From: Antechinus flavipes
Lineage: Eukaryota
NCBI RefSeq assembly: GCF_016432865.1
Contig: NC_067398.1
Span: forward strand, 633,640,001 to 633,704,000
Direction of reading: 5' to 3'
DNA: 64,000 bases
Program-made: the position numbers and the translations under genes
Part shown: piece after piece, positions 12,840-25,769 of the stretch
How positions within the stretch are numbered: position 1 is the stretch's first letter
How the letters are laid out: each line of letters starts with the position of its first letter
The notes under the pieces: model-generated
The model's database searches: none
The model's input: only the letters and a program-made list of their open reading frames with translations
What the model was told of the DNA's origin: nothing

Positions 12840-13040
12840 TGGAAGCAGTAGAGAGAGCACTGGGCTTGCATTCAGGAATACTCATCTTCAGGTGGTCAAA
12901 TATGGCATCAGATACTAGTTATGTGACCCTGAAAAAAATCACTCGGACCTGTTTGAATAATTTTCTTATGTGCAAAATGAGATGGAGAAAGAAAAAGGCA
13001 AACTACTTCAATGTCTTTGCCAAAAAAAACCCTAAAATAG
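12840..13040 (+). mobile_element. MAR1/MIR-type SINE
   Basis: CORE segment plus the RTE-like tail gagaaagaaaaaggcaaactacttcaatgtctttgccaaaaaaaaccc. Confidence 0.6.
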
Positions 13041-13659
13041 GATCATGGAGAGTCATAAATGCCTGAAAAAAGACAGAACAAAAAACAATTCCTAAACTCA
13101 GAGTACATGACATATGTCCATACTCTAATCTACTTTAGAAGTAAATTCCTCTCCCCCCAACTACTGAAACACATCCATCAGAAATTTCCAAAGTTATACT
13201 TCATCCAGATATTCAGTGTTGGAAGATTGAGGGGAAGCAAATTCATTCAGCCATCACTACTCAACTTACAATTGCTTTTATTATGATTTCTGATTTCCAT
13301 GGTTTGTTATGATGGTTTTGGACTGTAGCTTACTGTGATGGGATGGTTAGTTATTGGTAGTAGGTTGGGATGGTTGTGAGTGGTTATTGGTTATACTATC
13401 TTTTGTTGGTTGGTTGCAATGATTCTATGTTTGCTATGTTGAGACTGATTTCTGTGATACTTGGGTAATTGAAATGACAAGATAGTAATAGAACTCAACA
13501 CTCACATTTTCAAATATTGTGATGGATATAATAGAATCTGGAAGTTTGAAGGACAACAGGGGCCGCCCAGTACAATCTATATGTGAAAAACAACCAAGTG
13601 GATCATTTGGTCTTTTTGACAGATAAGTCCCCAGTGATAGACAACACCCTCTTCTTCTT

Positions 13660-14528
13660 TAAAAAAAATCGTTTTTTATTTAATAGCATTTTTCCCAACT
13701 ACATATAAAGACAGTTTTCCACATTAATCTCTGTAAGATTTAGAACTCCATTTTTTTTCTTTTTCCCTCATTTCCCACCCTGCTTCCCAAGACAGCAAGC
13801 AATTTGATATAGGCTACACACATACAATCATATTAAACATATTTCTGCATATTTCATGTAGTGAAAGAAGATTCAGAATAACAGGGAAAAAACATAAGAA
13901 AAATCAAATAATAAAAAAGCTTGGATGTGGCCAATGTTTTCTTTCACCAGTTTCTTGGAATTGTCTTGGATTATTGTATTATTGAAAAATCTGAATCTAT
14001 CAGTTGTTCATCCCAGAATCTTGCTGTTACTGTATACAATGTTCTCCTGATTCTCATTTCATTCATTTCACTAAACATTCATTCATGTCAATCTTTATAA
14101 GTTTTTCTGAAATTCTCCTGTTTGTTACTTCTTACTGCAGAATAACAATTATACATCAAAATTTATTCAATCATTGTATAGGTGATGGTCATACCTTCAG
14201 TTTCCAATACTTTACCACTACAAAGAAGAGCTGCTATACACATTTTTATCCATATGGATTCTTTTCCTTTTTTTATGGTCTCTTGGGAATATAGATGTAG
14301 TTGTGGTATTACAGAATCAAAAGGTAAGCACAGTTTGATAGCCTTTTAGGCATAGTTCCCAATTGCTGGCCAGAATGGTTGGAGCAGTTCAAAACTTCAC
14401 CAACAAAGTATCATTATTATTTCAATTTTCAGTATCTTCTCCAACATTTATCATTTCCCTTTTCTGTTCCATTAGCTAATCTGAGAAGCATCAGGTAGTA
14501 CTTTAGAGTTGCTTTAAAGTGCATTTCT
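13660..14528 (-). mobile_element. Older L1 3' portion (left half of an element split by a younger L1)
   Basis: Reverse L1 3' UTR/ORF2 end that stops at ...ctttaaagtgcatttct and resumes at 19453. Confidence 0.8.
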
Positions 14529-17500
14529 TTTTTTAAAGCTTCAATAATAGCCTTTTTTTTTCAAAATATATGCAAAGAGAGTTTTCAGCATTCACTCCTG
14601 AAAAACCCTGTGTTCCAATTTTTTCTCTTCCTCCTCTTCCCCTACCTTTTCCCTTAGATAGCAAGCAATCCGATATGTGGCAAACGTGCAATTCTTCCAC
14701 ACATATTTCCACAATTATCATGCTATAAAAGCAAAATCACATCACAAAAGGAAAAAAAAATGAAAAAAGAAAACAAAAAGCAAGCAAACAACAACAAAAC
14801 AGGTGAAAATACCATGTTGTGATACACATTCAGTTCTCACAGTCTTCTTTCGGGATGCAGATGACTTTCTCCATCATGGCTATTGGGATTGCCCTGAATC
14901 ACCTTATTGTTGGAAGGAGTCAGGTCCATCAAAATTGTCACATTATTTTGTTGTTGTTATGTTCAATGTTCTCTTGATCCCACTCATTTCACTTAGTATC
15001 AGTTCATGTTAATATTTCCAGGCCTTTCTGAACTCATCCTGTTGATCATTTCTTATAGAACAATAATATTTTATAACATTTATTTATCATAACTTATTCA
15101 GTCATTTCCCAACTAATGGGCATCCACTCAGTTTCCAGTTCTTTGCCAGCACAAAAAGAGCTGCTACAAAAATTTTCGCACATGTGATCTCTTTTCCTTT
15201 TTTTATGATCGCTTTGGGATACATATCCAGTAAAGACACCACTGGATCAAAGGGTACTCAAAGTTGATAATCCTTTGGGCATGGTTCCATATTGCTCTTC
15301 ACAATGGTTGGATCCATTCACAGTTGCACCAACAATGTACTAGTGTTCCAGTTTTCTCACATCCCCTCCAATATTCATCATTATCTTTTCCTGTCATCTT
15401 AGCCAAACTGGGAAGTGCATAATGGTATCTCAGAGTCGTCTTAATTTGCATTTGTATGAGCATTTTTTCATATGATAAGAAATGATTTTAATTTCTTCAC
15501 CTGATCATTGTCTTTTCATATGCTTTGACCATTTATCACTTGGAGAATTGCTTGTATTTTTATAAATGTGAGTCCAATTCCTTATATATTTTAGAAATTA
15601 CATCTTTATCAGCACCCTTGCATGTAAAATTTCTTCCCAGATTTCTGCTTCCCTGCAAATCTTGTTTGCATTTGTTTTGTTTGTACAAATTTTTTTTAAC
15701 TTAATAGAATCAAAATTATCCATTTTGCATTTCATAGTGTACTCTAGTTCTTTGGTCACAAATTCCTTCCTTCTCCACAACCTGAGAGCCAGACTATCCT
15801 TTGTTCTTCTAATTTGCTTATAGTGTTACTCTTTACATCTAAATCATCAACCCATTTCAACCTCATTTTAGTATAGGGTCTTAGATGTTGGTCAGTGTCT
15901 AGTTTCTGCCATAATAATTTCCAATTTTCCAAGCAATTTTTGTTTGAATTCTTATTCCAAAGGCTGGATTCTTTGGTTTTATCAAATACTAAATCAATGA
16001 CTATTTTAAAAATAGTGTCTTGTGAACCTAAGTTATTCCATTGATCAACTACTCTATTTTTTATCCAGTTACCAAATGTTTTTGATGACCACTGCTTTAT
16101 AATATAGTTTTAGGTTTGGTACTGCTAAGCCACCATTTTTTACTTTTTTTTTTCATTAATTCCCTTGATATTCTTGATGAATTTTGTTTTTTTAGATGAA
16201 TTTTATTATTTTTTCCTAGTTCTATAAAATAATTTTTGTTGGTTTGATTGGTATGGCACTGATTAAGTAGGCCAATTTAGGCAGAATCATCATTTTTATT
16301 ATATGAGCCCAATCTTCCCCTGAGCAATTGATATTTCTCCAATTGTTTAGATCTAGCTTTATTTGTATGAGAAGTGTTTTGCAATTGTGTTCATATAGTA
16401 CCTAATTTATCTTGGCAGGAAGACATCCAAAACTTTTATTTTGCCTATACTTGTTTTAAGTGGAATTTCTCTTTGTATCTCTTACTGTTGGACGACTTCA
16501 ATAATGCTGATGATTTGTGTGGGTTTTTTTTTTTTTTTTTTTTTTTGTATCCTTCAACTTTGCTAAAGCTGTTAATTGCTTTGAGTAGTTTTTTGAATAA
16601 TTTTCTAAGATTCTCTAAGTATATCATCATATCATCTGAAAAGAGTGATAGTTTTATTTTCTTATTGTCTATTCTAATTCCTTAAATTTCTTTATTCCTT
16701 TTTTATTGCTAATGCCAACATTGTATTTCTCTCCACTGTATTTTCTTCCCTGCATATACTTTTATTCTCTCTTTCCATCCTGTTCTTAGTAGTATTTTGT
16801 TTTTTTAACCCATCCAATGCATTACCTTATCTTTACCTCCACCCTTCTCTTACCTTTACTTTTTAAAGATTTTTTGCCCTCCCTTCTAACCTTTTTTTTT
16901 TTTTTTTTTTTTTACTTTCCTCTTTCTCCTCCTACTTATAGACAGGATTAGAGTTTCTATACTCCTGAATGATTAAGGTACTCCCTCTTTGAGGCAAAAC
17001 TGATGAGCTCAAACTTAAGACATTGCTCACCCCACCTCAATTCTTTCCCTCTATTGTAATAGGTCTTTTGGTTTCTTTATGTGATTTAATTTGTCCCATT
17101 AAGCCTCCCCTTTACTCTTCTTCCAAGAGTGCTTTTCTACAACTTAATATATTTTTCTTTGATAAGAAATTATATCATCACATCAGAGTCCATTCACAAT
17201 CATACCCTCTGTCTATGTGATGCTCCCTTCTGTCTGCTCCAAAAACAGATATAGTTCTTAAAATGTACAGATATCATTTTTCCAACTAGGGATGTAAACA
17301 GCTTAACCTTTAAATAATATATAGTTTCCCTCTGTTTACTTTTTTATGCTTCTCTTGAGTCCTGTGTTTGAAGATTAAATTTTCTGTTTTGTTCTGTTTT
17401 TTTTTTTTTTTTTCAATAAAAATGATTGAACGTCTCTTACTTCATTGAAGTTCCATGGCCTCCCCTGAAAGCTGAAACTCAGTCTTGTTAGGTAGTTAAT

Positions 17501-19452
17501 TCTTGTATGTAGCCTTAGGTCTTTTGCCTTCCACAATATAGTATTCCAGGATGATCCTTTATTTTAGAAGCTGCCAGATCCTGAGTAATCCTGACTGTTG
17601 TTCCTTGAAATTTGAATTGCTTTTGTCTGAACAACTTGCAGTACTTTTTTCTTGAGATTAGAGTTCTAGAGTTTTGCAACAATCTTCCTTGGGGTTTTTC
17701 TTGTGAGATCTATTTCTGAAGGTGATCAATGTATTCTTTCAATTATTATATCCCCCTATGTTTCTAGAATATCAGGTCAGTTGTCCTTGATTATCTTGTG
17801 AAGAATGTTATCCATATTCTTTTTGTCATGGCTTTCAGGTAGACCAAAAACATTGTTTTTTTCTGGATTTATTTTTCAGGTTGGCTGTTTTTCCAATGAG
17901 GTGTTTTACATGTTATTCCATTTATTCATTGTTTTTCGTTTGTTTGACTGATTCATGGTATCTCATAGTTATTAGTTTCCATTTGTCCCATTCTAGTTTT
18001 TTATGTGTGATTTTTTTTGAATTTTTTTTGAATTTTTGAATCTCTTTTTATATTTTATTAATTTTACTTTTGATGGTGTTGCTTTCTTCAGTGGATTTCT
18101 TTTTTGCATTTGGCCTATTGTATTTTTTAAATTCTTGCCTTCCTTTTCCAAACTATGGACTCTCTCTTGCATATCTCTCATTTCTTTTCTCATTTTTTCT
18201 TCTACTTTTCTTTTTTTACCTTTTAAAATCTTTTATGAGAATTTCTAAGAAGCCTCTTTGGATTTGAAACCAGTTCATATTACTCTGAGATCTCCTCTGT
18301 TTGTATTTTGTCCTCATCTGAGTTGATGTTTTGGTCTTTCCTGTCATCACAGTAGCATTCTATGGTCAAAGTTCTTTTCTGTCTCTTGCTCATTTTCTTT
18401 CCTTTTCTTTTGGTATTTCCTCTTTTGTGACTTTTATGGTTAAGTTTTGATCTTGGAGTAAAGTGCTGTCCCAAGCTTTCTGTGCAGCTCTGGATCTTGG
18501 CTTTGAGCACAGGACCTCCTTTTGTTTGTAGGGGCAGCTTTGCCTGCTCTTTTCAGGAAACATCTTGGTTTCTTAGAATTTACCTTCTGAGCTAGGACAG
18601 GAGGTTGCCCACTGGTCTGCTCCACTACTGAGCCAGGACGATCTACTATATTTAAGACCCTTTCACTGACTTTCCTAGACTCCATCTGAGCTGGGTTCAA
18701 CACCCTTTACATCCCAGTCAGACTGACCTTTTTTGAAGTTTTTCCAGTCCATCTTGAGCTGGATGGGGTTTATTCCATCAGACTCTTTTCAAGGCTTGGT
18801 TCCATGTGGTTTTCGAGGGAAACTGGAAGAGTTCAAGCAACTTTCTGGCTTCACTCTGCCATCTTGGCTCTATTCCTGGAAGTCTGTTCTCTTTTTGGTT
18901 TTTTGTTCATTTAAAGGGGTCTGCTTTTAGGGCAAAGGAAGATTGTCCCTAGCTTCCTTTACAGTTGGCAGAGGTTTTATACTTCCCTGGGGGCTGTTGC
19001 CAGCTTCTTTCCTGTGCTGGGTGGGCATGGTTAAGCCCCACTTGTGCTGGGCTGCTGGGGCCTAGGGGCTCACTATTTGCCTTTTGTAGTTGTATTGGAG
19101 GTCTCACAGCTAGTCTGCTGGCCCACTCATTTCTGAATCAGGGCAGAGGAGCCAACACTGCTGTATTTTGGCCAAGATCTTCCTGGTAAATTTCCCTGAG
19201 GCAGGGAGCCCTCACCACCCTGGGTCTCCCTATACTGTGCATGCACTGGGCTTTGTACGCCCCTGCTTGCTTGAGACAGACGTTCCTGACATTATTCCAA
19301 AATATCTTCTGTTGGCAATTTGTTGCAGTCCAAATATTTGTGGGTTCTGTCACTCCAAAACCCATTCAAAGGCTTGATTTTGTGTTAATTCTGAGGGAAG
19401 CCAGAAGAGTCAGGGAAAGATCTGTCTACTTTCTGCCATCTTGTCTCTGCCT
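14529..19452 (-). mobile_element. L1 retaining both termini (5' UTR, ORF1 remnant, 3' part of ORF2, 3' UTR, polyA) with a large internal ORF2 deletion
   Basis: The 5' end reads caagatggcagaaag on the minus strand. ORF 17993-18193 (MRKEMRDMQERVHSLEKEGKNLK) is ORF1p coiled coil. ORF2 sequence runs 14.9-16.72 kb and then jumps to inter-ORF sequence. Imperfect TSD tgcatttct (14520-14528) / tgcatttttct (19453-19463). Confidence 0.85.
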
Positions 19453-20000
19453 TGCATTTTTCTAATCAATAGGAACATTTTTTTAATGAGACTATAGATA
19501 GCTTTAATTTCTTAATCCCAAAATTGCCTGTTCAAACCCTTTGACCATTTATTAGTTGAGGAATGACTTTTATTCTTATAAATTTGATTCAATTCTCTAT
19601 GAATTTTTTAGAATCAGCCCATTATTATAAACACTTGTAAAAAATTGTTTCCCTTTTTTTTGCTTTCCTTCTAATTTTATTTTCATTGATTTTGTTTTTC
19701 TAAAACCTTCTTTAATTTAGTAATCAAAATTATTCTTTTCTTTTTTATGATATTCCCTATTTTTTGTTTAGTCATACATTTTTACCTTCTCCATTGAGCT
19801 GACATGTAAATTACTCCTTATTCTTCTAATCTGCTTATGGTATTGCTCCTCATCTCTAAATCATGTATCCATTTAAACCTTATCTAGGTATAGGGATAAT
19901 TCCCTCTCTCTTGAAACAAGCCATCCACTGCTCCCAGTTCTGTTCTCTGGGCCCAAACAGAATGAGTGTAATATTCCTTGAATTTGATAATCATTCAAAT
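19453..20000 (-). mobile_element. Older L1 continuation (right half)
   Basis: tgcatttttctaatcaatag... is the direct continuation of the L1 ORF2 sequence interrupted at 14528. Confidence 0.75.
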
Positions 20001-20505
20001 ATTTCAAGCCAGCTATCATATTTTCCCTGTGAAGGTATGCAGTTTCTTCAAAATGATTACTTCAGTATTATTTCTAGTAATGCAAACTAGAATATCATGT
20101 ATGTTTTCTCACCCTATAAATTATTTTCTCTTTTTCCCCTTTTCACTGACTGGAGACCTTCTTCTTCCTTTGGTATTTTTGGGGTAGCAGCAACCCATGA
20201 CAAAGCCCTTCTTTTTTCTTTCACTCATAGAATAATAGATCCAGAAATAAAAAGAGAACAAAAAGAACATCTTTCTTGACCCTTTCATTTTTACAAATAA
20301 GAAAACTGAGGTTATGAGATTTTAAATGCTTTGGTCCATGGGTAGTAAATGTAACAGATGTAATCTTGATTTAGGTCTTCTTAGCCTCAATTTCAATTTT
20401 TTGCCCTATAAACGATATTATTTCATAACTGCTTGACCTTTTCATGTTCTACTTATACTCATAGCCAGTCAATATGGGCTATGTGTTTCAGAGTTTGTAT
20501 CTTCA

Positions 20506-20760
20506 GGAACTGCTAGGTGGTACAGTGGATAGAATACCAGATTTGGAGTCAGGAAGACTCATCTTTCTGAGTTCACATCTGGTAGCTATGTGACCATGGA
20601 AAATCATTTCACTCTGCCTCAGTTTCCTCATTTGTAAAATGAACTGGAGAAGGAAATGGCAAATCATTGCATTGTGTCTGCCAAGAAAACCCCAAAATAC
20701 ATCATGAAGAGTCAGACATGACCAAAACAAACAAACAAACAAAAAAAAAAAAAAAACAAG
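20506..20760 (+). mobile_element. MAR1-type CORE-SINE
   Basis: tRNA-like head (gctaggtggtacagtggatagaatacc), CORE (ctctgcctcagtttcctcatttgtaaaatg), RTE-derived tail (ctggagaaggaaatggcaaa...aagagtcagacatgac), (AAAC)n end. Confidence 0.85.
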
Positions 20761-20999
20761 TGAACAACTATAATCTTCAGCATACATATTTCTATAGTCT
20801 CATAGAACATAAGCTATTTGAATGCTTTTAAATTAGTGTCTACTACAATTCACCATTTCAAGCATGATAATTTTGAAATTCTATGGAACATATTCTTTCC
20901 ATTCATTATCTTCATCACCTAGTATAGTATAGTGCCTGACACATAGTAGGTGCTTAATACATTGTTATTGATTGATTGATCAATCAATAAAGAACAGAA

Positions 21000-21250
21000 T
21001 TGGGAACCATGAGAGGAAGTGGCAGAGGAATAGATTTTGATGGTGCGAGATCAGATTTTAATTATTTATGCCTGTCCCAAAGTGGAATAGCCTGAAGAAC
21101 ATGACAATTTTCTCTTTGCAGAAGATTTTCAAAGAGAAAGTGGCTAGCCATTTGTTTGGGAATTTGGAGAAGGGATTTTTGGTCATAGATAATTTAGAAT
21201 ACATGGCCTCTGAGGTTTCTTTTAACTTAGATATTCAATAATTCTAAAAA
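21000..21250 (+). mobile_element. CR1/L3 LINE 3' fragment
   Basis: ...gcagaagattttcaaagagaaagtggctagccatttgtttggg...tggcctctgaggtttcttttaacttagatattc. Confidence 0.55.
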
Positions 21251-21319
21251 AATAAATCCCAACTGCATTTTTGATTTCCTTCACAGGCTAATAGTACACT
21301 ATTTCAGAATCCGATTCTT

Positions 21320-21545
21320 TTTGTACAGCAAAATAACTGTTTGGACATGTATACTTATTTTGTATTTAATTTATACTTTAACATATTTAACATATATTGG
21401 TCAACCTGCCATCTGGGGGGGAGAGAGCGGGGGGAAGGAGGGGAAAAATTGGAACAAAAGGTTTGACAATTGTCAATGCTATAAAATCACCCATGCATAT
21501 ATCTTGTAAATAAAAAAGCTATAACAAAAAAAAAAAAAAAAAATC
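21320..21545 (+). mobile_element. 5'-truncated L1 3' end with polyA
   Basis: Same 3' UTR motif as 2843-3011, ending in an A-run. Confidence 0.85.
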
Positions 21546-24544
21546 CCGAGAATCTAGTCAAATGAAATTCATGGAATTAAAAAAGATGGATTTCTATAAA
21601 AAGGAATATCAAGAGGTATCCTTTCTTGCAGGTTTCTGTCCTCCATATTCTTCCCTCCCCAACTACAGACACATACTCCTACTTTGGTCACTTGTTTACA
21701 TGCCTTACTAGATCCTGGTAACAGCTCTGCCCATGGAATGCCTTGGAATAAAACCCTTATAGGGGATTCCACATACTTAGATGACATATATTTGGACCTT
21801 TTACCTGAAAAAAGGAAACTATCTTTGAAGGGTATGGACTGAAGCTGGCAGATAGTCAACACTACTTTCAATATTTACAATTGTCATATTTTAGTATGTG
21901 GATCAAAATGAAGACTAGAGGGAATAAAGATCTCTTCATTCTTGTTCCAAGTATGAGCAAAGCCAACAGCACTAGATAATGTACTCCATAGCATTTTCCT
22001 TTCAGTATTTCAAGGAAGAACTTCCAAATATTATTATACTCAATATTATTTAGAAGCTGTATCCATAAAAGAAGACAGTATAACTTTAAGATTTTATTGC
22101 ATTAATTTTCACATAACATGAAGGCAAAGAAATCTGAGCTTTGCTCAGTTTTCAAGGAGATTTGGATCGTAGTCCTGGTTCTATTACCAACTATAAGATC
22201 TTAAGCCAATTGCTTCACTATACCAAGTCTCAGTTTCTTTATCTTTTAAATTATGAATCTGGTTTCTTCTAGATCTAATATTTTATATTCTGTGCTCTAA
22301 CATTTTATGTTTTAAGGCATTTATGGTTCTCAAATAGTAAGAGATTCCTGATGGCTGCATATTAAAAAAAAAAAAAAAAACCTCCAATGTTATCTATGTT
22401 GTATTTTATTTGCTATTAAACATTACCAATTTGCATTTTAATCTGGTTCCAGGGGCCACATGGGAATTGTGCAGGCCTTGAGTTAAACACCTTTGTTTAA
22501 GCTACCTTCCTCTCTAGTTTTTAACATTCCAAGTCTTGAGATCTTCCTTTATTCTGATATTCTATTTTTTTTAAATAACAAGGTTTTATCTATGGTCTGT
22601 TTCATGTGAATAGTTCAGTGATCTTATGATTCAAAGTCAAAATACTTCCTATACATTCCTGCTAGGAATTCTAAGTCATTGCTTATATCTCAGGGGAAGA
22701 GCACAAAACTGTAGGTGGATTATCCATTCTCAAGTTCTGTCATTCTATATTTATAGGACACTTTATTTTTAAAAAAATAAATATTGCATTGGGAAGACTT
22801 GGGGGGGGTGGAGCTGAGGTATTATCTGTGTGTGTTTGCTTTAAAAAGGAATTTCAAATATCTTTCAACTTCTTGGACACAGGGAGTGGACAGCCTCTTG
22901 AAGCAGTCAGACAGCTAGCTCTCCCTGTAAAACTGCCCAAGGCTCCTGAAGATGTTAAACAACATAATTCAGCAAAGAACTTTAGGGCAATCATCAGGAC
23001 CACATCCTATTGTTTGAGACTCCAAGATGAGAGAAGGGAAGTAGAAGAATCATAGGCATTAGAGAACATGAAAAAAATAAAGAGAAAAACAGCCCAGGGC
23101 TGCTTTTTACTCACACTTTTTGTGGCTCAGGCCATCTTCAGATTGTGTTAATTAAGATGTGTGAAGATCTGATCACAGGGGACAAGTAAAGACAGACATA
23201 GCCTCAACCACTGGGGCCTCTGAGCATTGTAATGTTCATTCCTTTGCCTTTCTCCCTTTTTCGCAGGTTTCCTTTTTTCTCTTTAATGAATTTCTACCAC
23301 AGCTTATGTCCTATAAGAAAATGACCTCCACCCTAGTTCTCAGCTGATTTGATCAGAACCAGAGAAATAATCCATGCCCTGGGTAGTTAAGATGTTACCA
23401 AGGCTGTGGCGCCTGCCTATGTGACTTGGTGACAAGAGTTTGCTTCAGTTTGCCTCAGAAACCCTTTGAATAGGAATAATAGCTCATTCTATAATATTCA
23501 GTACTTTGGAGCTTCCAGAACATTAGAAAAATACAATTCTGTGAAGCACATGAATAAAGTAGAGATTATTAATCCATGTAATAAATGAGCAAATTGTTTC
23601 ACAAATGAGGAAACAGGGTTGGGGAGATGATCACAAAAAGGATAATAATAACAAAACACCAATAATCAAATATGTGAAAGTGATGGATTGCTTTCTACAA
23701 AAGAATCCTAGAAGATAATTACGTTACTATTATTTCTATTATAAGAAACTGAAGTTTAGGGAGTTAGATGATTTACTCTGATCACGTAATTATTAACTGA
23801 CTCAGAATCTGCTTCTACTACAGAGACCAGTGTTTTGCTTTTTAAAACCCCCTGAGGTCACATAGAAATTGAGGATGTGGTCAGTCAATATAAAACTTTT
23901 TTATTGGCCCGAGCTCCCTTAAAGTTTTTAGAATTTTCATTTTATCTGCTGTTGGTGTTTTCACTGTTCCTCCTTCACTGAGCTACTGGCAGTAATATTC
24001 TGGACATAAAAGAGACAGAAAAAGAAATAATAACACATATGTCTTTACTGCTTTACTGTGGGGAAGCAATTTCACAGGTTTAAGGGATTTAAAAATGGAA
24101 TTTCATAGAACTTAGGGTTTTACTCCCTTGGTTATTGTCTTTAGTGCTTGAAGAAGACCAAAATGATATTGCTATTAGCAAATGAAGCTAGGAAGGAGGA
24201 AAGACTTTCCCCTGGTTACACAAATCAAGACAAGTCAACAAGCTTTTATTAAACACTTATTATGCACCAGGCACTATACAAAGTACTTGTCATAGTTAAT
24301 ATTTAGGAAAAAGCAGGATGGGAATTATATCATCAGTCCACTTCTTCTAAGCCTTCTATACGTTCCAATACGTTCCAATATACCTCGTAGCAATTACCTA
24401 CTTCATTAGGTAGTACTAATGGCCTGATGTTAGAAAAGCCTAAGTTCAAATTTGGTCTCACAAACTGCGTGACCTTGGATAAATGTCAACTTTAGTCTGC
24501 CTCAGTTTCCCTATCTATAAAATAGGAAAAAAATGGGGAAAAAA

Positions 24545-25745
24545 TGGGAAAACTCTTCGCAGATGATATAATGATACATTTAGAAAAACCAAAGGTCGAG
24601 AATATCAAGGGAATTAATTTAAAAAATGCAAATGATGGTGGCTTAGCAGTATAAAGCTTAAAACTGTATTATAAAGCAGCAGTCATCAAAACCATTTGGT
24701 ACTGGCTAATAAATAGAATGGTGGATCTGTGGAATAGATTTCATACAACACAACACAATAATCAATATCTATAATACTTTAGTATTTTCTATACCCCCAA
24801 ATTCCTGGTCCTGGAATAAAAACTAATTATTTGACCAAAAATTGCTGGAAAAACTGGAAATTAATATGTCAGAAACTTGGCAAAGATCTACATCTCACAG
24901 CTCATACCAAAATAAATTCAAAATGGGTACATGATTTGGGCACAAAGGATGATACCATAAACAAAACTGGAGAACAAGGGATAATTTACATATCAGATCT
25001 TTTGGAGAATGGAGGTATTTATGACCAAAAAGGAACTAGAGAATATTAACAAAGGCAAAATGAACAACTTTGATTATATTAAATTTAAAAGTTTTGCACA
25101 AACAAAACCAACAGAAACAAAATTAAAAGGGAAATACAAAGCTGGGAAAAAATCTTTACAGCCAGTGTTTCTGATGAAGGTCTCATTTCTAAAATATATA
25201 AAGAAATGTGTCAAATTTATGAGAATACAAGTCATTCCCCAATTGATTAATGGCAAAGAATATAAACAGCCAATTTTAAGATGATGAAATTAGCATCATC
25301 TATGGTTATATGAAAAATGCTTTAAATTGTTATTAATTAGAGAAATGCAAGTTAAAACAACTATGCGGTATCACCTCACACTTCTCAGATTGGCTAAGAT
25401 AATAGGAAAAGATAATGAAAATGATAAAGTCTGGAAACATTTACATGAACTAGGAATATATTGTACACAATAACAGCAAGAATATGCGATGATAAACTAT
25501 GAAAGACTTAGTTCTTCTCAGTGGTTCTGTTGTCCAACGCATCCCCAGTAGACTTTGAACAGAAAATGCCATCTGTATCCAGGTAAAGAACTAATGATAT
25601 TGAATGTAAATCAACACATGTTATATTCACTTTTTTCTATTTTTTTTTTATCTCTCACATGGTTTTTCATTTTATTCTGATTTTTCTCTTTCAACATGAT
25701 TCATAAAGTAATGTGTATTAAAAATAAATTTACTATAAAAAAGAA
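24545..25745 (+). mobile_element. L1 ORF2 3' half and 3' UTR with internal deletions
   Basis: ORFs 24831-25049 and 25009-25284 carry L1 ORF2 motifs (KNCWKNWKLICQKLG, TKINSKWV, FDYIKFKSF). Confidence 0.85.
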
Positions 25746-25769
25746 TAACTATAAATATCCCCCCAAAAA

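Noticed and set aside
24359-24412. 10-bp tandem duplication (tacgttccaa x2) and TACCTA-loop-TAGGTA hairpin as a possible miRNA
   Set aside because: The stem is only 6 bp, with no extended precursor hairpin or recognisable mature miRNA.
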